Assembly: GCA_003132145.1 (NCBI GenBank)
Contig: PKWU01000045.1
Coordinates: forward strand, 1,099 to 65,098
Length of the DNA: 64,000 nucleotides
Direction: 5' to 3'
DNA from: Granulicella sp.
GTDB lineage: Bacteria > Acidobacteriota > Terriglobia > Terriglobales > Acidobacteriaceae
Positions within the stretch are counted from its first letter, which is position 1. Each line of letters opens with the position of its first letter. This document shows positions 39,105-47,153 of the stretch, piece by piece. A model generated the notes under the pieces. It worked only from the letters and a program-made list of their open reading frames with translations. It searched no databases and was not told where the DNA came from. Position numbers and translations under genes: made by a program.

Positions 39105-39491
39105 ATGCTCAGAGTGATGAATACAACTCGGAGCTGCATAGTGGGCGATGCCGTCGAGCTGGCGGACACAAGCTTGAAGCGGATGTTCGGCCTTCTGGGA
39201 AGGCGCGGACTGGACGCTGGGGGGGGGTTGTGGATCAAACCCTCTTCCGGTGTTCATACTTTTGGCATGGCCTTCACAATCGATGTGGTGGGTTTGGACA
39301 GCGATCTGCGGGTGATCAAGCTGTGGCGCAGCCTGGCGCCTTTCCGGCTGACCTCGGTGAGCTTCAAGCTGAGGAGCGTGCTGGAGTTGCCGAGCGGAGT
39401 GATCTCGCATTCGCAGATGCAACTGGGCGATCAACTGCAATTTTCTTCCTCCTCCGAAGCAGTCTCCGCGGTGGGCAACGAAATAACCTAG
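39105..39491 (+). CDS. DUF192-family protein; start uncertain
   Basis: RMFGLLGR, GGLWIKPSSGVHTFGMAFTIDVV, SVLELP. Confidence 0.8.
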   Translation: MLRVMNTTRSCIVGDAVELADTSLKRMFGLLGRRGLDAGGGLWIKPSSGVHTFGMAFTIDVVGLDSDLRVIKLWRSLAPFRLTSVSFKLRSVLELPSGVISHSQMQLGDQLQFSSSSEAVSAVGNEIT

Positions 39492-39677
39492 GAAAAACCT
39501 TCCGTAGAGCATTCAGCAAAATCAAAATATCCTCAGGAACGAAAGCCTCTTTTATGCAGGGCGCGCTTTCGGCATCCATTCGTCTACGCTCGGGACAGGC
39601 TCTGAAGCCGTGCCTTCAATCAAGGCAAGCGGGATACGGAGATCCCGATTGCGCCAGGATGAGATGCGAGCGGGAGA

Positions 39678-39718
39678 TCTGCATATAGATGCAGCCTGGA
39701 TCTGCATGAATATGCAAC
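39678..39718. promoter_or_regulatory. Two ARG-box-like palindromes upstream of rocD
   Basis: TGCAT-atag-ATGCA (39680-39693) and TGCAT-gaat-ATGCA (39703-39716). Confidence 0.6.
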
Positions 39719-39805
39719 CTTGTAGCATGGATAGGTGAGTTGGTCTTCGATGGGTCTGCGTATGGTACGCGGCCAGGCCAACAACTGCTTGCCAAGGTGT
39801 TTGCG

Positions 39806-41056
39806 ATGCTACCCGCTGAACTGATTTCTCTTGAAGACCGTTATGGCGCCCACAACTATGCACCGCTGGACGTGGTGATCGAGCGCGCCTCTGGGGCCTG
39901 GGTGTACGACACAGAAGGCCGCCGCTACCTGGATTTTCTGGCTGCCTACTCCGCGGTGAACCAGGGACACTGCCATCCTGCGATCTTTGCGGCGATGCTT
40001 GCGCAGGCGAAGAAGGTGACGCTGACCTCGCGCGCGTTCCGCAACGACCAGCTTCCACTGCTCTATCGCGACCTGCATGAGATGACCGGCTACGAGATGG
40101 CGCTGCCGATGAACTCCGGCGCGGAGGCGGTGGAGACGGCGCTGAAGGCCGCGCGCAAGTGGGGCGAGGTGGTGAAAGGCATTGCGGCGGGCGAGGCGGA
40201 GATCGTGGTTGCCGCCAACAACTTTCATGGGCGCACGATCGCCATCGTCGGATTCTCATCCGACGAGCAGTATCGCCGCGGCTTTGGGCCGTTCCCGGCG
40301 GGCTTCCGCGAGGTGCCGTTCGGCGACATCGAGGCGCTGCGGGGCGCGATTACGGCGAATACCTGCGCATTTCTGGTGGAGCCGATCCAGGGCGAGGCGG
40401 GGATTCTTGTTCCGCCGGAGGGCTACCTGAGGGAGGCTGCGGCGATCTGCCGCGAGCGGAATGTGCTGCTGATGGCCGACGAGATCCAGTCCGGCCTGGG
40501 GCGCACGGGCAAGCTGTTCGCCTCGATGCACGAGGGAGTCACGCCCGACGTTATGATCATCGGCAAGGCGCTCTCCGGCGGCTTCTATCCGGTGTCGGCG
40601 GTGCTCAGCTCGCGTGAGGTGCTGGGCGTCTTCTCTCCCGGCGACCACGGAAGCACCTTCGGGGGCAACCCACTGGCCTGCGCCATTGCGCGCGCCGCAT
40701 TGCGCGTGATCGTCGATGAGGACCTGCCCGGGCGCTCGGCTGAGCTGGGCGAGTTCGCGCTGAATTATATGAGAGGGCTGCGCAGCCCGTACATCGTCGA
40801 GGTGCGCGGCAAAGGGCTATGGATCGGGATCGAACTGAACCGCCCGGCGCGTCCATTCTGCGAGGCGCTGAAGCAGCGCGGCGTGCTGTGCAAGGAGACG
40901 CACGAATGCGTCATTCGCCTGGCGCCGCCGCTGATCATCTCGAAGGCGGACCTGGAATGGGGACTGGAACAGATTCGCGCAGTTCTGGAAGAGGGCACGG
41001 ATGCGCACAGCGAAGCGGTCGCTGAACTGGCCGGGACAACTGCATCGGGCAAATAG
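39806..41056 (+). CDS. rocD: Ornithine--oxo-acid transaminase
   Basis: GAHNYAPL, AYSAVNQGHCHP, DEIQSGLGRTG, GKALSGG, HGSTFGGNPLA. Confidence 0.95.
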   Translation: MLPAELISLEDRYGAHNYAPLDVVIERASGAWVYDTEGRRYLDFLAAYSAVNQGHCHPAIFAAMLAQAKKVTLTSRAFRNDQLPLLYRDLHEMTGYEMALPMNSGAEAVETALKAARKWGEVVKGIAAGEAEIVVAANNFHGRTIAIVGFSSDEQYRRGFGPFPAGFREVPFGDIEALRGAITANTCAFLVEPIQGEAGILVPPEGYLREAAAICRERNVLLMADEIQSGLGRTGKLFASMHEGVTPDVMIIGKALSGGFYPVSAVLSSREVLGVFSPGDHGSTFGGNPLACAIARAALRVIVDEDLPGRSAELGEFALNYMRGLRSPYIVEVRGKGLWIGIELNRPARPFCEALKQRGVLCKETHECVIRLAPPLIISKADLEWGLEQIRAVLEEGTDAHSEAVAELAGTTASGK

Positions 41057-41168
41057 AGCATTTCTCCTGACACTACGCATCGGGGATGTTCTATGAGTTC
41101 CGTTTTTCTTGAGGAAAAACGGCGCGATCCGTTCGGCTTCGCTATGCCTCATCAGGAGAAATGCTCTA
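41054..41168. mobile_element. 115-bp TA-flanked MITE, copy 2
   Basis: Same terminal inverted repeats, length and internal palindrome as 28665-28779. Confidence 0.85.
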
Positions 41169-41285
41169 ACGCGACCGGGCGCGCAGCCCGCGGCCGTTGA
41201 CCCCGCGCAGCGCGCACAAGTACACTCTAAAAGGCAGTCAGCGGAACACTCCGCCGGCTCGCGCCGGGTGAGCGTGCATCGCCGC

Positions 41286-41359
41286 TGCCCCCTCGTTCAA
41301 TGGTAGGACAGTCGGCTCTGAACCGATCAATCGGGGTTCGAATCCCTGGGGGGCAACCA
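41286..41359 (+). tRNA. tRNA-Gln(CTG)
   Basis: TGCCCCC acceptor stem, GTCGG-CTCTGAA-CCGAT anticodon arm, GTTCGAATC, ACCA. Confidence 0.96.
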
Positions 41360-41523
41360 ATCTGAAGGGATAGCTGAATGGGTTGGGTTGCGGGACGGGT
41401 GCGTGCGGTGGTGGTGGGGCGGGGGACTTTGGCGGGCAGTTCCCATGGAACGAGAGCCTGTGTGGCGCATTGCGCGGCGCAGCCCGGTTGAGGCTATATC
41501 TTTTGCGGGAACAAAAAAAATTG

Positions 41524-41557
41524 TTGACGCGTCGAGTGTACTAGCTGTTATAGTACA
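41524..41557 (+). promoter_or_regulatory. Promoter with YtrA-type operator
   Basis: TTGACG, TGn-TATAGT, and palindrome TGTACTA-N7-TAGTACA directly before the gntR start. Confidence 0.7.
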
Positions 41558-41560
41558 GGT

Positions 41561-41992
41561 GTGATTCCGTTCCGAGTCCAGTTTCGCGGTGGCATTTCGC
41601 TGTTCGAGCAGATCGTCTACGCCTCGAAGAAGGCGATGGTCTCTGGACAGATGCGTCCGGGCGATGCGTTTCCCTCGGTGCGCACGCTGAGCAAAGAGCT
41701 GAAGATCAATCCCAACACAGCGCACAAGATAGTGGCGCACCTGGTGAGCGAGGGACTGCTGGAGACGCGGCCGGGAATCGGGACGGTGGTGGCTGCGCTG
41801 CCGGATTCGACGAGGAAAGAGCGCGCGAAACTGTTGGGGCACGAGATTGAAGAACTGGTGGTGGAGGCCAAGCGGCTGGGAATCGGGAGCGAAGAGATGC
41901 TGGCGTCGATCTCCGCGCATTGGCAACGACTGAGCGGCAAGGACACGGAAACAGCAGGCAGGCCCACCGATGGAGGACGCAGAGAGCGATGA
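41561..41992 (+). CDS. GntR-family regulator, YtrA subfamily
   Basis: LFEQIV, FPSVRTLSKELKINPNT; short protein directly upstream of an ABC ATPase. Confidence 0.92.
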   Translation: MIPFRVQFRGGISLFEQIVYASKKAMVSGQMRPGDAFPSVRTLSKELKINPNTAHKIVAHLVSEGLLETRPGIGTVVAALPDSTRKERAKLLGHEIEELVVEAKRLGIGSEEMLASISAHWQRLSGKDTETAGRPTDGGRRER

Positions 41993-42930
41993 GCACAACG
42001 ATCCAGACGCACGATCTCTCGATGAGATATGGCCAGACCGAGGCTCTGCACGAGATCAACCTCACGGTGCCGGAGGGAGCGATCTACGCGCTGGTCGGGC
42101 CCAACGGCGCGGGCAAGACCACGATGATTAAGCTGCTGATGAACATTCTTCGTCCCACGGTGGGAGGCGCAGAGGCGCTGGGCGTCGACACGCAGAGGCT
42201 GGCGGGCGAGGTCTTCAATCGCATTGGATACGTCTCGGAGAACCAGGAGATGCCCGACGCAATGACGGTCGAGGCGCTGATGGATTTCATGCGGCCGTTC
42301 TATCCGCGGTGGGACCGCGAGCTGGAGCGACAACTGGTGCGGCAGTTCGATCTACCGATGAAGCGCAAGCTCAAGCATCTGTCGCGCGGGATGCGGATGA
42401 AGGCGGCGTTCGCAAGCTCGCTGGCCTACCGGCCGGAGCTGATTGTGCTGGATGAGCCGTTCACGGGGCTCGATCCGCTGGTTCGCGATGAGCTGATCGA
42501 GAGCCTGCTGGAGCGCGCGCCGGAGACGACGATTTTTTTGTCGTCCCATGATTTGGCGGAGATTGAGAGCTTCGCCAGCCATGTGGGCTACCTGGAAGAC
42601 GGGCGAATGCTTTTTTCGGAGGAGATGACGGTGCTTGCGGGGCGGTTTCGCGAGGTGACGATTACGCTGTCCGCTCCGGCGCCGCTGCCGCCGAAGCTGC
42701 CGAGCGCGTGGCTGCTGGCGGAGACGGTGGATTGCGTGGTGCGGTTTGTACACAGCGAATACTGGGGCGAGGCCAGCGAACGCGAGGTGGCGGACTTGTT
42801 CCCCGGGGCGCGCGATGTGGAGTGGGAGTCGATGCCGCTGAGGTCGATCTTCCTGGCGATTGCGAAGACGGGACGAACACAGAACCACGCGGCGCAGACG
42901 ACGGCAGGCGATGGGAGGCCGAAGGCATGA
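41989..42930 (+). CDS. ABC transporter ATP-binding protein
   Basis: GPNGAGKTT, LSRGM, LDEP, SSH. Confidence 0.95.
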   Translation: MSTTIQTHDLSMRYGQTEALHEINLTVPEGAIYALVGPNGAGKTTMIKLLMNILRPTVGGAEALGVDTQRLAGEVFNRIGYVSENQEMPDAMTVEALMDFMRPFYPRWDRELERQLVRQFDLPMKRKLKHLSRGMRMKAAFASSLAYRPELIVLDEPFTGLDPLVRDELIESLLERAPETTIFLSSHDLAEIESFASHVGYLEDGRMLFSEEMTVLAGRFREVTITLSAPAPLPPKLPSAWLLAETVDCVVRFVHSEYWGEASEREVADLFPGARDVEWESMPLRSIFLAIAKTGRTQNHAAQTTAGDGRPKA

Positions 42931-44528
42931 AGCAGATTCTGCATATATTTCGCAAGGACACGCGGCGGTTCTGGCTGGAGATTCTTCTCTCGCTGGCCAT
43001 AATGACGGCGTTGGTTTGCGTGTATCCACTGCAATGGTCGGGGCCGCCAGTCACGGTCTGGGCATCGGACAATGCGCGCAACATAGAGCTTGAAGTGCTG
43101 GTACGCGGTCTGGTTGCGCTTGTCATGGCGAGTTGGGCGATTCTGATCGCGCGCGTCATTCACGCGGAGAGTCTGGTGGGCGAACGCCAGTTCTGGCTCA
43201 CGCGTCCGTATGAATGGAAGAAGCTGCTTGCGGCGAAGCTGCTATTTTTGCTGATGTTTCTTTATCTTCCTCTGCTAGCGGCGCAGTACGTTCTGCTTGC
43301 AGAGGCTGGATTGGCTTCGTTTGCTTCGCTGTCTGGGCTGTTCTTCAATCTGTTTCTGATCACGGGAATTATCGTACTGCCGCTGATTGCGATTGCCACG
43401 GTTACGGCCAACTTCTTCGCCATGGCAATCACGCTCTTCGGTGTCGTTCTTGCTCTGTTCGGGGCGATCGTCGCTCTGTTTATTCACACTGAATTCGGCA
43501 ATACTGCCTGGGCACTGATGTTTCTCGCAATCGGCGATCCGTTCTCCTCCAGGCAGGCAGCGACGATTGGCTCGCATCACGCGCAGCCGTGGATTGCACT
43601 GCTGTTGCTGACGATCTGCGGTGCGGTCGTGATGCTGCAGTACTCTCTGCGCCGGACGAGAGTGAGCCGAGCGATTCTGCTTGCGCTACCTGTCGTGCTG
43701 GGAGTTGCCGCAGTGGTTGCGCATCAGCGAACACTCTCGGGTCAGGCTTTGATGGATCGCATGTATCCGGCGTTGGCCGCTGGGAATATGGCTCCGGTGC
43801 AGTTTTCATTTGCGCCGATTGAGAACCATACATTCTATGTATCGCGTGGAGAGAACCCGGTGGGGATAACACTCCCGATTCGCGTATCTGGTATTGCGGA
43901 TGGGGTTGCGGTCTTTGCCGAGAACGAGCGGGTCACAATCGAGGCTGTCGACGGATATAGCTGGAGCACAGAGGTGACCGATTACAACCCGCAGAGGCTC
44001 GGTGCTGCCAATAGGGGAATGCGCGTCGGATTCTTCATGCCACACACAATCTATGACCGGTTCAAGAGCAGCCCGGTGACGCTGCGAGTGACGTTCGGGA
44101 TTACGCAGTTGCAGGCGACGGGGTCTGAGCACATAGCGATGCCGACGCATGACGTTGCGGTGCCCGGCTTCGGCGTCTGTGGCGGGCCTTATGTCGGATA
44201 CGGCTTGATCAAATGCAGATCCGCTCTGCGTAAGCCACCGCTGACCTACGTCAGTGCAGACTGGTCGTCTACGCCCTGCCCCGCGTCGCAGACTGCGATG
44301 GAAGAGGTGCGAGGCGAATTCTGGGTGGGGGAGATTGGGCGGAATGCGGCTGAGTTTGGGGTCTCTCCCATCGCGTTTTCGGGAGTCACTTTCATGCCGG
44401 ATCTGAACAATGCGACTGGGGGAAAGTACCTGTGCCCGGGCGCGCCGATCACGTTTACGCAGTACAGACTCGCAGGTCGAATGCAGACGAGCCTTGTCGT
44501 TGCGAATCTGCAATTGCCTGAAGATTAG
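42927..44528 (+). CDS. ABC-2-type permease with large extracytoplasmic C-terminal domain
   Basis: About seven TM helices, FWLTRP; translationally coupled to the ATPase. Confidence 0.7.
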   Translation: MKQILHIFRKDTRRFWLEILLSLAIMTALVCVYPLQWSGPPVTVWASDNARNIELEVLVRGLVALVMASWAILIARVIHAESLVGERQFWLTRPYEWKKLLAAKLLFLLMFLYLPLLAAQYVLLAEAGLASFASLSGLFFNLFLITGIIVLPLIAIATVTANFFAMAITLFGVVLALFGAIVALFIHTEFGNTAWALMFLAIGDPFSSRQAATIGSHHAQPWIALLLLTICGAVVMLQYSLRRTRVSRAILLALPVVLGVAAVVAHQRTLSGQALMDRMYPALAAGNMAPVQFSFAPIENHTFYVSRGENPVGITLPIRVSGIADGVAVFAENERVTIEAVDGYSWSTEVTDYNPQRLGAANRGMRVGFFMPHTIYDRFKSSPVTLRVTFGITQLQATGSEHIAMPTHDVAVPGFGVCGGPYVGYGLIKCRSALRKPPLTYVSADWSSTPCPASQTAMEEVRGEFWVGEIGRNAAEFGVSPIAFSGVTFMPDLNNATGGKYLCPGAPITFTQYRLAGRMQTSLVVANLQLPED

Positions 44529-44562
44529 GATTCATTCGGGATTGGCGAAGGAAATTATAACT

Positions 44563-45567
44563 ATGTCTGTTGCAAAGGATGAAATCATGTTGAAGCGTAT
44601 CCATATTGAAGAGGCGCTCGTCTTCGCCGCAAAACCGAATCGCCGCAGCAAGCTTCTGCTGCTAGCCGTTGCATGCGCGTGTGCATGGATGACTTTCGTT
44701 CCCACAGTGCTTGCGCAGGCCGGCGCGCCAACCCCGCCGCCAACGGCTACGGACCACAACGCGGCGCCGGGCAGAGTTCTGGCGTTCGATGTGGTTTCCA
44801 TCAAGCCGATTGCGCCGGGCGGGCGTCCCACCCACGGGATTATAGGCGTTATGAACCATCCCGACGGACTTGAGGCCGACTATGTGGGCTTGCGCAGCCT
44901 CATCCAGTATGCCTACGGGTACAAGCGCTTTCCCCATCCAGATGACCAGATAACGGGGGTGCCGGATTGGGCAAAATCGCAGGTCTACGACATCAACGCG
45001 AAGATGAGCGCAGACGATTTTGCCGAGTTCCAAAAGCTGGATAAGGACGGGCAGGAGCAGTGGCTAAAGGCAATGATGCAGGCGATGCTGGCCGACCGCT
45101 TCCAACTCAAGATTCACCAGGGGACCAAGCAGGCCCCCATCTTCAATCTGGTCGTCGCCAAGAGCAGCTCGAAACTGAGAGACGCAGCCACCGACTCGAG
45201 TACCGAACTGGAGAAGGACAAAGACGGCAAGCCAAGGACCGGCTTGCACTGGTTGAAAGACACCAGCGTAGCGCAGAGCTATTCCATGGCGTCGCTGGCG
45301 GACCTTCTGTCCGAGCCCTTTGCCGGGATCGGACGGCCCGTGGTGGACAAAACCGGACTGACCGGCACCTACAACTTCACGCTCAACTGGTCGGTCTATT
45401 CGGCCCGGCCGCCGATGCCAAGTCCGGCATCCGGGGAAGCGGCCGCGCCGGACGACTCACCCTCCATCTTCACCGCGTTGGGAGAGCTTGGGCTGAAGCT
45501 CCAGCCGGCTACGGGCATGGTCGACACGATCGTAATCGACCACGTCGAAAAGCCTTCGGAGAATTAA
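44563..45567 (+). CDS. TIGR03435-like exported protein
   Basis: AFDVVSIKP, QAMLADRFQLK, GRPVVDKTGLTGTYNFTL, SIFTAL, VIDHVEKPSEN. Confidence 0.88.
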   Translation: MSVAKDEIMLKRIHIEEALVFAAKPNRRSKLLLLAVACACAWMTFVPTVLAQAGAPTPPPTATDHNAAPGRVLAFDVVSIKPIAPGGRPTHGIIGVMNHPDGLEADYVGLRSLIQYAYGYKRFPHPDDQITGVPDWAKSQVYDINAKMSADDFAEFQKLDKDGQEQWLKAMMQAMLADRFQLKIHQGTKQAPIFNLVVAKSSSKLRDAATDSSTELEKDKDGKPRTGLHWLKDTSVAQSYSMASLADLLSEPFAGIGRPVVDKTGLTGTYNFTLNWSVYSARPPMPSPASGEAAAPDDSPSIFTALGELGLKLQPATGMVDTIVIDHVEKPSEN

Positions 45568-45812
45568 GGAGATGGTTGCGATGGAGAGAGGACGCGATGC
45601 GGAGCGCGGGCTTGCACTGGTTGTCTGCGGGAAGGATTGTTGACGTACGATGTCCATCGTACTAAGGTGTTGGAGTGACGGAAAGAAAAAATATATGCGA
45701 TGTAGACCTATCCATTTGCTGGGGTTGAACGTCTCAACTGAGGATCTTCCTTCGAGTCCAAAGAATGGACAAATTGCATTGCCGACAGTCAGCAAGATAG
45801 AGAAAGCACAAA

Positions 45813-46778
45813 ATGGCGAACGGGAACCGCGTAGTCAGACTGAATTGTTGTAGGGAGTTGGCGCTGCTCACGGTTGCATGGGGGACGCTGGGCGTGCCGA
45901 TGGCTTTCTCGCAGACGAGTGCGTCTCCATCCCCCGCCACCCTACCTGCCACACCCCCTACGTCAGCCACACCAGCCGCAGCCGATCCCACGCTGGGCAT
46001 TACTTTTGATGTTGTCTCCATCAAGCACACAGAGCAAGGACCTAGCCGCGTCACGAATCCTGGCGATGGAGATGGCATCACCATCACAAACTCCACTCTC
46101 TTGGAGATTATTCGCTGGAACTTCAATGTAGGCACGCTGCGTGGTGACCAGATTCAAGGCGCTCCCGGATGGTTTTCCAGCCCCGACGAAAACTACGAGA
46201 TCCAGGCCAAGATCGCCGAGTCCGACATCGCCACTTGGCAGAAGCTCGACGACGAAGCCCGCCGGCTGGTCTTCCGCAAGGTGCTGGCCGATCGCTTCAA
46301 GTTCGCCAGCCACTTTGTGGATGTAGAGGTGCCCGTCTACAACCTGGTGATCGCCAAAGGCGGACTGAAGATGAAGGAGGCCAAGCCGGGCGAGATCAGC
46401 CCCTGGAAGTTCCATGAAGCCGGCGACCCCAGCACGCCCTACTCGGGTCGCGGCATGACGCAGCGCCAGACACCGGACGGCTGGATCACCGTCTATCAGC
46501 GGTTTGACATGGAGACCTTCGCAACATCCGACACATTCGCCTACACGGTCGGTCGCCCGGTGATCAACAAGACCGGCCTTACCGGGGTCTACAACTTTTC
46601 GCTGGATTTCTCTTACCAGCCGCTCTCCGCCTCTCCCTCAGCAGAGGGTGGCGCACCCGAACCGAGCAGCCCCGACATCTTCACCGCGCTGAAGACGATC
46701 GGGCTCAAGCTCGAACCCGGCCGAGGTAAGGTAAGCCATCTCGTTGTCGATCACCTCGAGCGGCCTTCGGAGGATTGA
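45813..46778 (+). CDS. TIGR03435-like exported protein
   Basis: FDVVSIK, LADRFK, GRPVINKTGLTGVYNFSL, DIFTAL, VVDHLERPSED. Confidence 0.88.
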   Translation: MANGNRVVRLNCCRELALLTVAWGTLGVPMAFSQTSASPSPATLPATPPTSATPAAADPTLGITFDVVSIKHTEQGPSRVTNPGDGDGITITNSTLLEIIRWNFNVGTLRGDQIQGAPGWFSSPDENYEIQAKIAESDIATWQKLDDEARRLVFRKVLADRFKFASHFVDVEVPVYNLVIAKGGLKMKEAKPGEISPWKFHEAGDPSTPYSGRGMTQRQTPDGWITVYQRFDMETFATSDTFAYTVGRPVINKTGLTGVYNFSLDFSYQPLSASPSAEGGAPEPSSPDIFTALKTIGLKLEPGRGKVSHLVVDHLERPSED

Positions 46779-46790
46779 GCAAAGAGAGAA

Positions 46791-46926
46791 GCAGATTCCT
46801 CCGCTGCGCTGCGGAATGACAAACAAAAAAGCGGAATGACAAACAAAAAAGCGGAATGACAAACAAAAAAACGGAATGACAAACAAAAAAACAGAATGAT
46901 AAACAAAAAAGCGTAATGGCAACAAA
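46791..46926. repeat. Family-A repeat followed by a 20-bp tandem array
   Basis: gcggaatgacaaacaaaaaa x3, then progressively degenerate units. Confidence 0.88.
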
Positions 46927-47060
46927 GGGAGCTGCAGGGCGCAGAGAACGAAGACGACGAGGAATAAATCAGTATCGATTCAAACGAAGCTGGATTGGCA
47001 AACGTCTGAGAATAGAACTCTAACTTTCACCGTGATTTTTCTTTCATAACGAACTTTTGT

Positions 47061-47086
47061 GGAACCTTCCGGGCTGTCTGTGCGTA
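47061..47086 (+). promoter_or_regulatory. Possible ECF sigma promoter
   Basis: GGAACC-N16-CGTA upstream of the receptor gene. Confidence 0.3.
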
Positions 47087-47153
47087 CTTGCAGAGAGCGA
47101 TCTCAATACAACAACTCAATACAACAACTCAATACAGCGACTCTGGACAAGGA

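Noticed and set aside
46811-46926. Short regular repeats resembling a CRISPR array (also 16920-17095 and 22140-22250)
   Set aside because: Units are contiguous or have near-identical linkers, there are no unique spacers and no cas genes; they derive from REP-like repeats.
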